Assembly: GCA_048938105.1 (NCBI GenBank)
Contig: JBHLMN010000019.1
Coordinates: 70,021 to 134,020, forward strand
Reading direction: 5' to 3'
From: Promethearchaeota archaeon
GTDB lineage: Archaea > Asgardarchaeota > Heimdallarchaeia > Hodarchaeales > Hodarchaeaceae
Length of the DNA: 64,000 bases
Below, in pieces: positions 1 to 9,349 of the stretch; the stretch's first letter is position 1, and every line of letters starts with the position of its first letter. The translations under genes and the position numbers were made by a program. The notes under the pieces were generated by a model, which searched no databases, was not told where the DNA came from, and saw only the letters and a list, made by a program, of their open reading frames with translations.

Positions 1-53
1 TTTTTTAAGAGAAACAGGCGGTAAGTGTGATTCTGAGAGGATTGAATCTCTGA

Positions 54-1415
54 TTAGATATAAATACTTTTCTTCCGCTTAGGTAGAAGTATTGGAACAT
101 CAACTAATTCTCGATACATTTCAGGATGTTCAGTATGGATCGGGATCATAAATTGAGGCTGAATTTCATCCACGATCCTTTTAAGGTCGCTTCGGGGCGC
201 GTGGCCCGAGGCATGATATTGTTTAAAGTCCAGATGAAAATGACGAATCCATTCCATCATTCGATTATAATCAATTAGTCCTTCTTCATCAAAAGGCTCC
301 CCATGACTGTAAAAATAAGTAGATTCCTTCGGTTGAGGTTGAATATCAATAAGATCTGTTAGATTCCAGAAATCGCAATGAAAAACATATTCAGTTTGAT
401 CAAAACTTGGAAACTCAACCATTTTGTAGTTTTCAAACAGTTTTTGTTCCCACTGGTAGTATTTCCTCTTTGGTCGTTTGTAGATTTCGATATATGGATC
501 ATCTAAGCTGGGAATTTCCAAATGAGGATCGTCTTGTAACAACTGAATCAAATAAGCTTGTTTTATATTTATTAGAAGTTTTCGACCATTTTTCTTAGCA
601 GAAAAATAAAACGATCGAAAACGATCAATATCCCGTAGACTGTAATTGGCGATGGCTAATCCATCTGTTTTGGCCATCGAATCTGCTAGTTCTTCTTGTA
701 ATTTTTTCTCATTCATGTCAAAATCTTCATTTATATTTGTACCTTCAATTAGAAGAGCGTTAAGGTTTTTTTTCTTAGCAATTTCGATAAAATCTTGAGT
801 TAAATCTTCTCTCCACCCATGTAAACGCAGATCCCCAGTATATCCAATTATTCGCTCCTTATTTCCTTCAAGAATAAAACCATAAGACCCAGGTAAAGAA
901 TGGTCGACATGGATAGGTGTTACTTCAAAATCAGGAATCTGGATTATATCGCCAGTACGAAAAGTCCTAACATTTGATGGATAATCAGCAGTGGCTTGCC
1001 TGATATAGGGCTGCCTAAAACGAGTGCGGGTAGTATCTTGGATCGATTGAATTATTGTGGCAGTTGTTTCACCCATATAGATAGGAATGTCCTCATGAAG
1101 TAAATTTAGATTTCCAAAATGATCTAAATGTGCATGGGACAGAAAACACGCATGAATACTAGGTTTAGTGAACTCGTCATCTATAGCAAATTTTTGAGCA
1201 TAAAAGCCTTGGATTTTAGGCAGGATGTCAAACTCAAGGAAATCCTTAAGGCCTTGGTGAGTACGAGGAAGTAAAAATCCTTCAAAGTAGGTACCCTCTC
1301 GTTTGAACGATCTCCCGAAATCTAACAAAATTTTTGTATTATTTGATTCTAAAAGAAAACAATTTCCTCCAACCTCATTAACACCACCATATGGGATTAA
1401 TTTCATTGCTCCCAT
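54..1415 (-). CDS. Metallo-beta-lactamase-fold / beta-CASP nuclease, RNase J-like
   Basis: GGVNEVGGN N-terminus, HAHLDH, VDHS, YTGDLR, HASGHA and PIHTE motifs. Likely start is the ATG at 1415, overlapping the upstream MTase TGA, or 1406 (MKLIPYGG), rather than the 1514 start in the ORF track. Confidence 0.85.
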   Translation of the reverse strand: MGAMKLIPYGGVNEVGGNCFLLESNNTKILLDFGRSFKREGTYFEGFLLPRTHQGLKDFLEFDILPKIQGFYAQKFAIDDEFTKPSIHACFLSHAHLDHFGNLNLLHEDIPIYMGETTATIIQSIQDTTRTRFRQPYIRQATADYPSNVRTFRTGDIIQIPDFEVTPIHVDHSLPGSYGFILEGNKERIIGYTGDLRLHGWREDLTQDFIEIAKKKNLNALLIEGTNINEDFDMNEKKLQEELADSMAKTDGLAIANYSLRDIDRFRSFYFSAKKNGRKLLINIKQAYLIQLLQDDPHLEIPSLDDPYIEIYKRPKRKYYQWEQKLFENYKMVEFPSFDQTEYVFHCDFWNLTDLIDIQPQPKESTYFYSHGEPFDEEGLIDYNRMMEWIRHFHLDFKQYHASGHAPRSDLKRIVDEIQPQFMIPIHTEHPEMYRELVDVPILLPKRKKSIYI

Positions 1416-2233
1416 CACCTTTTTTGGAAAATCAGGGCATAATGGTGGTGAATATTCGGCACAAAGGAATATGGATATCCATAAGGCCTTAAAGTTTTCT
1501 GGTTCTGTAACCAAATACGTTCTCCCAAGAATTTATAGTCTTCAATTAAATTAAGGGCCAAATTAAAAGCTAATGGGTTGATTTCTCCTTTATCACGAAT
1601 ATTTTGAATGAAAATCACTAGATGACCACGTTCCCGTAAATGAGCTTTAATGTGCTTAAAAAAGGAGATTAGTTCCAAAAGAAATGGCTTTTGTTCCTCA
1701 ATCATTCCTAAATCTTTAGGATGTTCTCCGTATTGGAGATCTAATCCTTTTTGTAAACGTTCTTGTTGGTTATAATCTTTTTTTTTCTTTAATATTCGCC
1801 AATACGGGGGTGAGGTGATGCAAAGAGCAAATTTTCTCCCATTCGTCTCAAATGTTTGAATAATCTCACGTGCATCTCCCTGATGAACAGGAAGATTCGT
1901 ACGAGATCGGGCTGTCTTTACATACTTATCATATAGCTCTATCCCGACTCCTTTTCGCCCACACTCATCACAAGCTACTAAAGTTGATCCTGTACCGACA
2001 AAAGGGTCTAGTACATTATCACCAGGTTTAGTAAAGAATTCGATAAACTCACGAATCATTGAAGGAGGAAACGAAGCTGGATGAAGGTCTATTTCATGTG
2101 AAATATCACTGGGTTTCCCATCAACAATGAACCATGATTTTGTAAAACGGATCCATTGACGTCCTGTAAGAGCATTGAGCTTGTTACGGGGGTCAATCTG
2201 TGGTTTTTCGTCCATTTCTAACCAACTTCCCAC
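1415..2233 (-). CDS. DNA amino-methyltransferase (N4-C/N6-A type, motif I before motif IV)
   Basis: HPASFP, DPFVGTGST (SAM-binding motif I), then TSPPYW (catalytic motif IV). Alternative start at ATG 2215. Confidence 0.85.
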   Translation of the reverse strand: MGSWLEMDEKPQIDPRNKLNALTGRQWIRFTKSWFIVDGKPSDISHEIDLHPASFPPSMIREFIEFFTKPGDNVLDPFVGTGSTLVACDECGRKGVGIELYDKYVKTARSRTNLPVHQGDAREIIQTFETNGRKFALCITSPPYWRILKKKKDYNQQERLQKGLDLQYGEHPKDLGMIEEQKPFLLELISFFKHIKAHLRERGHLVIFIQNIRDKGEINPLAFNLALNLIEDYKFLGERIWLQNQKTLRPYGYPYSFVPNIHHHYALIFQKR

Positions 2234-2310
2234 ATTTGGGGTCTTGCTTAAAAATATTTAAACTTTTCAATGTTCCTTATCTCAATAATTCTATCGGATG
2301 TTAATTTGTC

Positions 2311-2958
2311 ATGAAACTCCAATGTGTCGTTTTTGATGTTGACGGAACTCTCGTTGACAACACAATCACCATTATCCGATTATTTCAGAACATCGTTAAA
2401 AAATATCTTGGTAAAGAAATGTCAGATAATGAAGTCCTCTCACTTTGGGGTCCTCCGGGGGATGAAATTTTCAAAAGTGTCTTTCCTTCTGATGTGTTTA
2501 ACCCTGCTTGGGAAGAATTCCTTCAAAGTTATCGTGATGCTCATTTAACTACAGGATTTTTTACTAAAGATCAATTATCAGATATGAAGAATAATATTCC
2601 TTATCTCACAATTTTTACAGGAAAAAGTAGAAATACGATGGCGATTACCTTAGAAAAACTTGGTATCATCGATATATTTGATCTTATATTGACTGGAAAT
2701 GATGTAACTCGTTCAAAACCATATCCGGATGCATTATATCAGATTATTAGCACTTTACAATTGAACAAAAATGAAACTCTTTTCATTGGAGACAGTCACC
2801 TTGATATTATTGCTGGGAAAGCTGCGGGGATAAAAACTGGTGCAGCTCTCTGGGGTGCTGTGGAAACTCAAAAATTATTAGAAAGCAGCCCAGATTATAC
2901 TTTTAAAACTCCTCAAGAGTTTCTAGACTTCGTACTCTCACCAAAAAGGTCAGCTTAA
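2311..2958 (+). CDS. HAD-superfamily phosphatase (PpaX/Gph-like)
   Basis: FDVDGTL motif I, TGK, KPYP, GDSHLD. Confidence 0.9.
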   Translation: MKLQCVVFDVDGTLVDNTITIIRLFQNIVKKYLGKEMSDNEVLSLWGPPGDEIFKSVFPSDVFNPAWEEFLQSYRDAHLTTGFFTKDQLSDMKNNIPYLTIFTGKSRNTMAITLEKLGIIDIFDLILTGNDVTRSKPYPDALYQIISTLQLNKNETLFIGDSHLDIIAGKAAGIKTGAALWGAVETQKLLESSPDYTFKTPQEFLDFVLSPKRSA

Positions 2959-5097
2959 ATGACTTCAAGATTAATTGAAGAAAGTTTCCCCATCCGTGAG
3001 ATTAGTGAGCTTGCGATTCCAGAACGAAGTAGTTACAAACCAATCTACCAAATTTCAAAGTGGTTTGCCCGACGTGCTTCTTCCACATTTAGAGCGATAT
3101 TATTGGGATCCATTCTTCCGTCATCAGCAGATCTTATGAGTAATTTTTATGTTGAACATAATTTCGGTGATTTTACAGTTATCGATCCTTTTATGGGTGG
3201 AGGTACAACAATAATTGAAGGTTTACGGTTGGGAATTAATTGTGTGGGTGTTGATATTAACCCAATTGCTTGGTTCATAACAAAAACAGAAGCTGAACTT
3301 GTTAATTTAAGGGAACTTGAAAAATGGATAATAGATTGTGAAGATAAAATTAAGGCTCAAATCAAAAGATGGTACCTGACTGAATGTCCAGTATGTAATT
3401 CAGAAGCTGATATCATTTATGCACATTGGGTAAAATTAGTGCCCTGTGAGGTTTGTGAAAGCCAGATCTCTTTGTTTAGAAACTTTATAGTTACTATGAA
3501 AGGAGACGTAACCTCAATCTTATGCCCCTCATGTAATACTGTCTTTGAGAACTTAGGTTCTATTCCAACACTAATAAGTTGCCCACAATGTCAGTTTCAG
3601 TTTGGTCCCCTGAAAGGAAATCGGGTTGGACGTAATAGTTGTAGATGTTTCAACTGCGGTTCCATAACCAACATCCTTGACACACTCAAAAAGAATCAAC
3701 AAATTTTGAAATGTAAATTATACGCTATTGAAGGATTTTGTCCGAATTGCGCTAGCAACATTGATTTACATTCCCCTCTTAAGAATACTAGATTCAAATT
3801 TGTCAAGGGAGTTTCAAAAGAAGACATTGATCTTTTCAAAAAAGCAGAAGAGCAATGGGTGCGTTTTTCAATAAAAAATTTATGGCCAAAAGAACATATT
3901 CCTTCTGGAGTGGCAACTAAGACTTTACACAATCATAATTACACAAAATGGGTAGATTTGTTCAATAGTCGTCAGCTTTTAGCTCTCACCATGATTCTTG
4001 ATTATATCCAGAAGATTCCAAATGTTGTTTTCCAAGAAATGTTTTTGGCTGCATTTATAAATCTTTTAAATCATAATAATATCTTCACAAGATATTCTCC
4101 TAAAGGTCAGAAAGTAGAAGGCATCTTCGCAAGGCATGATTTTCACCCACTCTCCACATTTGCTGAAAATAATGTTTGGGGGACAAGATATGGGAGGGGA
4201 ACTTGGAAAAAATGCCTTAACCGCCTTCTAAAGGGAAAGGAGTATAACCATTCTCCTTTCAATTATACTCGAATAATTTCTCGTAATGGAAAACTTGGAA
4301 GGAAAAAAACCTTTTCTGGGAAAATTGAAGGAAAAACAACTACTGAGTCCGACATAACTTTTCCATCAGCAGAACATAATTTACTTTTACTTTGCCAAGA
4401 TTCAGAGGATCTTAAAGAACTCCCACTATCTGTTGATCTCATAATTTCAGATCCACCATATGCAGACAATGTGAACTATTCTGAATTATCAGACTTTTTT
4501 TACGTGTGGCTTCGTTTGTTACTTAAAAAGAGGTACAAGTGGTTTTTGGCACAAGAAACACCAAAGGATGCAGAAGCTATTATAAGCCAAAATCGGGATT
4601 TAGATTATTATAATAAATTGATAGGAATATTTAAAGTAACAAAAGCTAAACTGAAGCCTGATGGGATGTTAATCTTTACTTTCCATCATTCAGATAAGGA
4701 AATATGGTTCAAACTATCTGAGGTTATAATTCGAACTGGATTCCAAGTTGTTAGGACTTATCCAATACCCAGTGAAGCTCGAAATGTGCTAAACATCCAG
4801 AAAAAGAAAGCTATTGCGTTCGATCTGATCATTGTTTGTCGTCCAAACGAACAGAGAAGTCAATCGAATATTACATTAGAAAAATTTGAAAAAAAAGTCA
4901 AAGTTCAATACAACAAAGAGTTAAAAAATTTCATGGAAGCAAATATTAAAGTTAAGGATTTCGATCACTTAGCAATCTATTTTGGTATTCTTCTTGAGAT
5001 GGGATCTCAATTCAATGTTGTAACTCATTCTGGGCGTAACCTAACTCAAAAAGAGATTTGGGATTCTTGTTATAAAATAATAACTTCTTCAAGATAA
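2959..5097 (+). CDS. DUF1156-type adenine-specific DNA methyltransferase with Zn ribbons
   Basis: LIEESFP...KWFARR N-terminus, DPFMGGGTT, GVDINP, several CxxC pairs, SDPPYADNVNYSELSDFFYVWL, LKPDG..IFTFHH. Confidence 0.85.
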   Translation: MTSRLIEESFPIREISELAIPERSSYKPIYQISKWFARRASSTFRAILLGSILPSSADLMSNFYVEHNFGDFTVIDPFMGGGTTIIEGLRLGINCVGVDINPIAWFITKTEAELVNLRELEKWIIDCEDKIKAQIKRWYLTECPVCNSEADIIYAHWVKLVPCEVCESQISLFRNFIVTMKGDVTSILCPSCNTVFENLGSIPTLISCPQCQFQFGPLKGNRVGRNSCRCFNCGSITNILDTLKKNQQILKCKLYAIEGFCPNCASNIDLHSPLKNTRFKFVKGVSKEDIDLFKKAEEQWVRFSIKNLWPKEHIPSGVATKTLHNHNYTKWVDLFNSRQLLALTMILDYIQKIPNVVFQEMFLAAFINLLNHNNIFTRYSPKGQKVEGIFARHDFHPLSTFAENNVWGTRYGRGTWKKCLNRLLKGKEYNHSPFNYTRIISRNGKLGRKKTFSGKIEGKTTTESDITFPSAEHNLLLLCQDSEDLKELPLSVDLIISDPPYADNVNYSELSDFFYVWLRLLLKKRYKWFLAQETPKDAEAIISQNRDLDYYNKLIGIFKVTKAKLKPDGMLIFTFHHSDKEIWFKLSEVIIRTGFQVVRTYPIPSEARNVLNIQKKKAIAFDLIIVCRPNEQRSQSNITLEKFEKKVKVQYNKELKNFMEANIKVKDFDHLAIYFGILLEMGSQFNVVTHSGRNLTQKEIWDSCYKIITSSR

Positions 5098-5116
5098 GAG
5101 ACAATCTGGGTTTGAA

Positions 5117-5878
5117 ATGGTTAATGATTCAAAATATGAGCTCATAATTGGAAATGTTCTTGAATCATTACCATTAAAAGCTAAAGAAAGACCCTTTAAT
5201 CTTATCATTGCTGATCCTCCATTTGGAATTTCTTTCAATAAATCTAGCCACGAATATGGATCGGAGGAATATGACCTTTATGAGGATAATTTTACTCCTG
5301 AATCTTATTTTGAGTTTTCTAAAGATTGGATTCAAACCTGTTATGATGCTTTGGTAGAGAATGGGAGCCTATACATCATTTCAGGTTGGACCAACCTTCA
5401 ATATATTCTGAATGCTATAAATCAATCTGAATTTCATATGTTAAATCATGCCATATGGCATTTTTCATGGGGGGTCTATACTAAAAGACGATTTGTGACA
5501 AGTCATTATCACATTCTTCTACTGGTAAAAAACAAGAAAAATTATCAGTTTTACAAACAGAAACATTATGATGAAGACGTATTCTTTTGGCCTGAATATA
5601 ATCGGGGAAATGATCCCCATCGCATTAAAGGTCATCCATGTCAGTTACCTATTGTCCTGTTAGAGAAATTAATTCTCACCTCCAGTGCTCCTAGTGACCT
5701 TGTAGGGGATATTTTCTCGGGAAGTGGAGGTACAATCTTAGCAGCGCGGTTAACTGGTCGTGATGTGGTAGGATTTGAAATTAGAGAAGAATATAAACAT
5801 ATTATTCAACAAAAAGCCCGATTTGGAGAACATGTGTCCCGCCCAGACAAGCAATCCACTCTGGAGAGGTTTTTGTAA
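5117..5878 (+). CDS. Beta-class site-specific DNA methyltransferase (N6/N4)
   Basis: ADPPF catalytic motif near the N-terminus, HPCQLP, then DIFSGSGGT (motif I) and GFEI near the C-terminus. Confidence 0.88.
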   Translation: MVNDSKYELIIGNVLESLPLKAKERPFNLIIADPPFGISFNKSSHEYGSEEYDLYEDNFTPESYFEFSKDWIQTCYDALVENGSLYIISGWTNLQYILNAINQSEFHMLNHAIWHFSWGVYTKRRFVTSHYHILLLVKNKKNYQFYKQKHYDEDVFFWPEYNRGNDPHRIKGHPCQLPIVLLEKLILTSSAPSDLVGDIFSGSGGTILAARLTGRDVVGFEIREEYKHIIQQKARFGEHVSRPDKQSTLERFL

Positions 5879-5997
5879 GAATAATTCGAATTAACTGCAA
5901 ATTTATAAAGAGAATAGGAAGATTGAGAGCTAGATCTACAATTTTTTGTTTTCTATATGTTCTTATAGTGGAATTATTGAAAGGAATAATGATAACA

Positions 5998-6933
5998 ATG
6001 GATCAAGAAACAGATTTGGCGATCATTGGGGGAGGCCCAGCTGGGTTAACTGCGGCCATATACGCAGCTAGAATGGGTTTAAAGACTATTGTGTTTGAAG
6101 CTGAGGCTATAGGAGGTGTTGCGAGAACAACAGAGAAGATAGAAAACTATCCTGGCTTTATTTCAATCACTGGTCCAGAATTAGTAGATAAAATGAAGGT
6201 TCAAGCAGAATATTGTGGAGCAAACATTGTTTTCGATACAGTAGCATCAATTGACCGTTCTGAAATGATTGTCAACACTTCGAAAGACCAATGGAAAACA
6301 AAGGCTGTAATTATTGCGACGGGATCCAAGCGTCGTAAACTTGGGCTATCTAATGAAAGAGAATTAGAAGGAGCTGGATTATCATACTGTGCTGTCTGTG
6401 ATGGGACATTACACAAAGGAAAAAAAGTTGCTTTAGTAGGGGGTGGAGCTACTGCAGCTCATGATGCCATTTATTTAGCTGGTGTTGCAAGAAAAGTTTT
6501 TTTGATTTACGAGGAAGAAAGACTTGATGTTGATGAAGATCTCGCAAATCAAGTGTTATCATATAAAGAAATTGAACCAATGTTCAATTGCACAATTGAA
6601 GAAGCTATTGCTAAACACGAGAGTCTTAGAAAAATTGTAATTAAGAATCATAAAACAGGTGAAATTTCAGAAATCCGAGTTAAAGCTCTTTTCGTTGCTA
6701 TCGGAGAAGATCCTTTTAAATTAGCGACACTCACAGGTATTGATACGGATGCCTCTGGGAGTATTAAAGTAAATGATGAGCAAGCAACGAATGTTGAAGG
6801 CATTTATGCAGCGGGTGACGTTACAGGAGGGATTAAACAAATTGGCACTGCAGTTGGTGAGGGGGTTGTTGCAGCAATGAAGGCTGGCTTTTTTGTTAAG
6901 AGAAAAATAAGGATGGAGAAAAAAGTAGGGTAA
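5998..6933 (+). CDS. trxB: Thioredoxin reductase-like FAD disulfide oxidoreductase
   Basis: [22 protein letters not shown], active-site CAVC, GIYAAGD. Start set at ATG 5998. Confidence 0.85.
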   Translation: MDQETDLAIIGGGPAGLTAAIYAARMGLKTIVFEAEAIGGVARTTEKIENYPGFISITGPELVDKMKVQAEYCGANIVFDTVASIDRSEMIVNTSKDQWKTKAVIIATGSKRRKLGLSNERELEGAGLSYCAVCDGTLHKGKKVALVGGGATAAHDAIYLAGVARKVFLIYEEERLDVDEDLANQVLSYKEIEPMFNCTIEEAIAKHESLRKIVIKNHKTGEISEIRVKALFVAIGEDPFKLATLTGIDTDASGSIKVNDEQATNVEGIYAAGDVTGGIKQIGTAVGEGVVAAMKAGFFVKRKIRMEKKVG

Positions 6934-7140
6934 AAGAATACAAATTATTAACACTTAGAAGGTTGAAAGATTAGCAGAATTCTTAACGAAGATTATTTAC
7001 AATACCCTGCCTAAAACAAAATGGTTATAAACTTTTGAAATTTAATTATCGTAAGTTAAAAGTGAGGAATCACAGAGTCAAAACTTTAGAATATCGAAAA
7101 GATGAGACTATACCATTAGATAATTATAAATGAGTTATAG

Positions 7141-7491
7141 ATGAGATCAATGTTGAGAAATACGTTTCCTGATATAATTACTTCGCTTCCAAAAGCAGAT
7201 ATTGCTATGGAAGGTGTTAAGGGGTGGATTGCGCAAGGAAAAGACTTTCAGATTGTGTTCTTTGAAATAGAACCAACAGGAATTCTTCCACCTCATAGTC
7301 ATTCGGCTCAATGGGGAATAGTAATAGAAGGAGAAATGTCGTTAACAATCGCAGGAGAAACCAAAAAATATACTAAAGGAGACAACTATTATATTCCTGA
7401 GGGGGCCGTTCATCAAGCGGAATTCCATACCCATTTTCGTGCTTTGGATTTTTTTGCAGAACCAGAGAGATACAAATCAAAAAATGAATAA
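7141..7491 (+). CDS. Cupin domain protein
   Basis: PPHSHSAQWG...G and YYIPEGAVH cupin motifs. Confidence 0.85.
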   Translation: MRSMLRNTFPDIITSLPKADIAMEGVKGWIAQGKDFQIVFFEIEPTGILPPHSHSAQWGIVIEGEMSLTIAGETKKYTKGDNYYIPEGAVHQAEFHTHFRALDFFAEPERYKSKNE

Positions 7492-7512
7492 AATATCTAA
7501 GGATGGAATCTT

Positions 7513-9213
7513 TTAAACACTAGGTAAGGGGAGGAATTCGCAGTTATAATATCGAAGTAGTAGTTTATTTAAATTTTGAATGGAGTCTTTCTCTTTTGCT
7601 TTGTCATCTGTAATCTTCTTTGTTAATTTAACAATTTGACAAAATAAAGGGTCGTTGAAATCCGGTTTTTTAAGGGGGAGGCGTCGAAGATTGCGGATTG
7701 AGATTGCGTTGGTGTATTTGGAGCCTAGATTGAATTGACTTTGATAATACCAATGGTATAGAGAAGAATTGAGAACAGAAAGAATGTAATATAATAAATC
7801 AGGATCATTACTGTATTCTGGGACTAATCTCAGGTTATAGACGTTTTGTGTTGTCCAGTAATTATCTGAATCATAGGCAGCGCAAAGATAAGGTTTGATT
7901 TTTTGGACTACAATCTTGGGTGAAAGATAGATGGATGGATCTTTTTTGGAACGAAACTTAATCGTGGGATCGATAAAATGTGTTGTTTTGATCAAATAAG
8001 CCTCAAAATCATCCCCAGTCAAGATGGGTTGAGTATGACGCATAGTAGAGTCCTTCTGAATCAAGAAGTTGGTATTTAAATCTCTCTCTGATAAAGGTTG
8101 GTGACATTGTGCACAAATGATTTGAGATTTTCTACTCGATAAAGGCACCCATTCTGAGCACTTTGAGCAGAACATTATTCCACCACGTTTAGAAAGTTCC
8201 TCTCCTCTACGAACTGTAATAAACTGAGACAATGGTCTAGAATTTTCATGAATGAGTTGGATTAGTTGCTGAGACTTCAAGTTAAACTTTCTCGTGAAGA
8301 TACAATCAATATTTGTCATATATGAGGTTTGAGGAATGTGATTCTTATCATCAACAAGAATATGATGATCTGAAGGAATTTCATCTTTAAATAATCCAAT
8401 TAAAGAAATAAATTCTTGTGTGACATCTTTGAACAATCCATGAAAATTAATTGAAAGAATCTGAAAATTAGCAACGAGAAATTTCCGAAGATAGATATAT
8501 TGATTGGATCGTGCAACATTTTTCGGAAGAAGAAAAGCTAACAAGCCTTTGTCTGGAATTAACAGATTAGCAGACTGATAAACAAATAGGGAAAAAGTAT
8601 TGAGGTTCCTCTTTGGACTTTTTGGTTTAAACTTATTATAATAATATTCTCTTTGAAATTTATCTAATTTTCCGCCCCACGGGGGATTACCAATAATGAT
8701 ATTAAATCCTTCTGCGCTAGGAGGAAGATTAGTCCAATCTGATAGTGTACTCTCTAAAAAATCATCAATTATTATATTTTTAGCTAAAATCTTATAACCA
8801 CTACTGTGCATTGGTTCTGGAATAACAGTGATAAGGTTCTTGCGACAGCTTGCCGCTATTTCAAAATCAATTTCCATTCCAAACAAATTAGATTTTAAAA
8901 TCTCAAGAATTGCTTCATTTGGCTTTTTTTTTTTTACACCTAATCTTTGGTCAATTTTCTCTTTAATTGAGTTAATAGTTACTAAACATGCTTGTAGGAA
9001 TTTTCCGTCCCCTGCTGCACCATCAAGAATTCGAACTTCTTTTAAAATGTCTTTCAAAGATTGAAAAATAGATAAATCAGTTGCATGCCATATCTCTTCA
9101 AGAGATGAAAACTTAAAAGATGTACGAGAATTTAACTGTCGAATCAGATAATAACTGATGGCCATTTCAGTCATTGATTTCGCGAGGGATGATGGAGTAT
9201 AGAAAGCTCCCAA
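7513..9213 (-). CDS. Gamma-class N6-adenine DNA methyltransferase (Eco57I/TaqI-like) with TaqI-C-like target-recognition region
   Basis: GAFYTP, ILDGAAGDGKF, LFGMEID, IIGNPPW; C-terminal PKIVVQKI...YILSVLNS..Y...LRRLPL. No nuclease domain seen. Confidence 0.85.
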   Translation of the reverse strand: MGAFYTPSSLAKSMTEMAISYYLIRQLNSRTSFKFSSLEEIWHATDLSIFQSLKDILKEVRILDGAAGDGKFLQACLVTINSIKEKIDQRLGVKKKKPNEAILEILKSNLFGMEIDFEIAASCRKNLITVIPEPMHSSGYKILAKNIIIDDFLESTLSDWTNLPPSAEGFNIIIGNPPWGGKLDKFQREYYYNKFKPKSPKRNLNTFSLFVYQSANLLIPDKGLLAFLLPKNVARSNQYIYLRKFLVANFQILSINFHGLFKDVTQEFISLIGLFKDEIPSDHHILVDDKNHIPQTSYMTNIDCIFTRKFNLKSQQLIQLIHENSRPLSQFITVRRGEELSKRGGIMFCSKCSEWVPLSSRKSQIICAQCHQPLSERDLNTNFLIQKDSTMRHTQPILTGDDFEAYLIKTTHFIDPTIKFRSKKDPSIYLSPKIVVQKIKPYLCAAYDSDNYWTTQNVYNLRLVPEYSNDPDLLYYILSVLNSSLYHWYYQSQFNLGSKYTNAISIRNLRRLPLKKPDFNDPLFCQIVKLTKKITDDKAKEKDSIQNLNKLLLRYYNCEFLPLPSV

Positions 9214-9349
9214 TTCCTTTTTGTGACGGATATTTGAAGCTTTTTCGATAGTTTTCGCCTTCTATGTTTTTTATCAAAGGATAAAAATTAATAACGCCTG
9301 TATCAAAGAAATGGGAGAGGAAGGACTGTGAAGTGAACCAAGCAGAATA

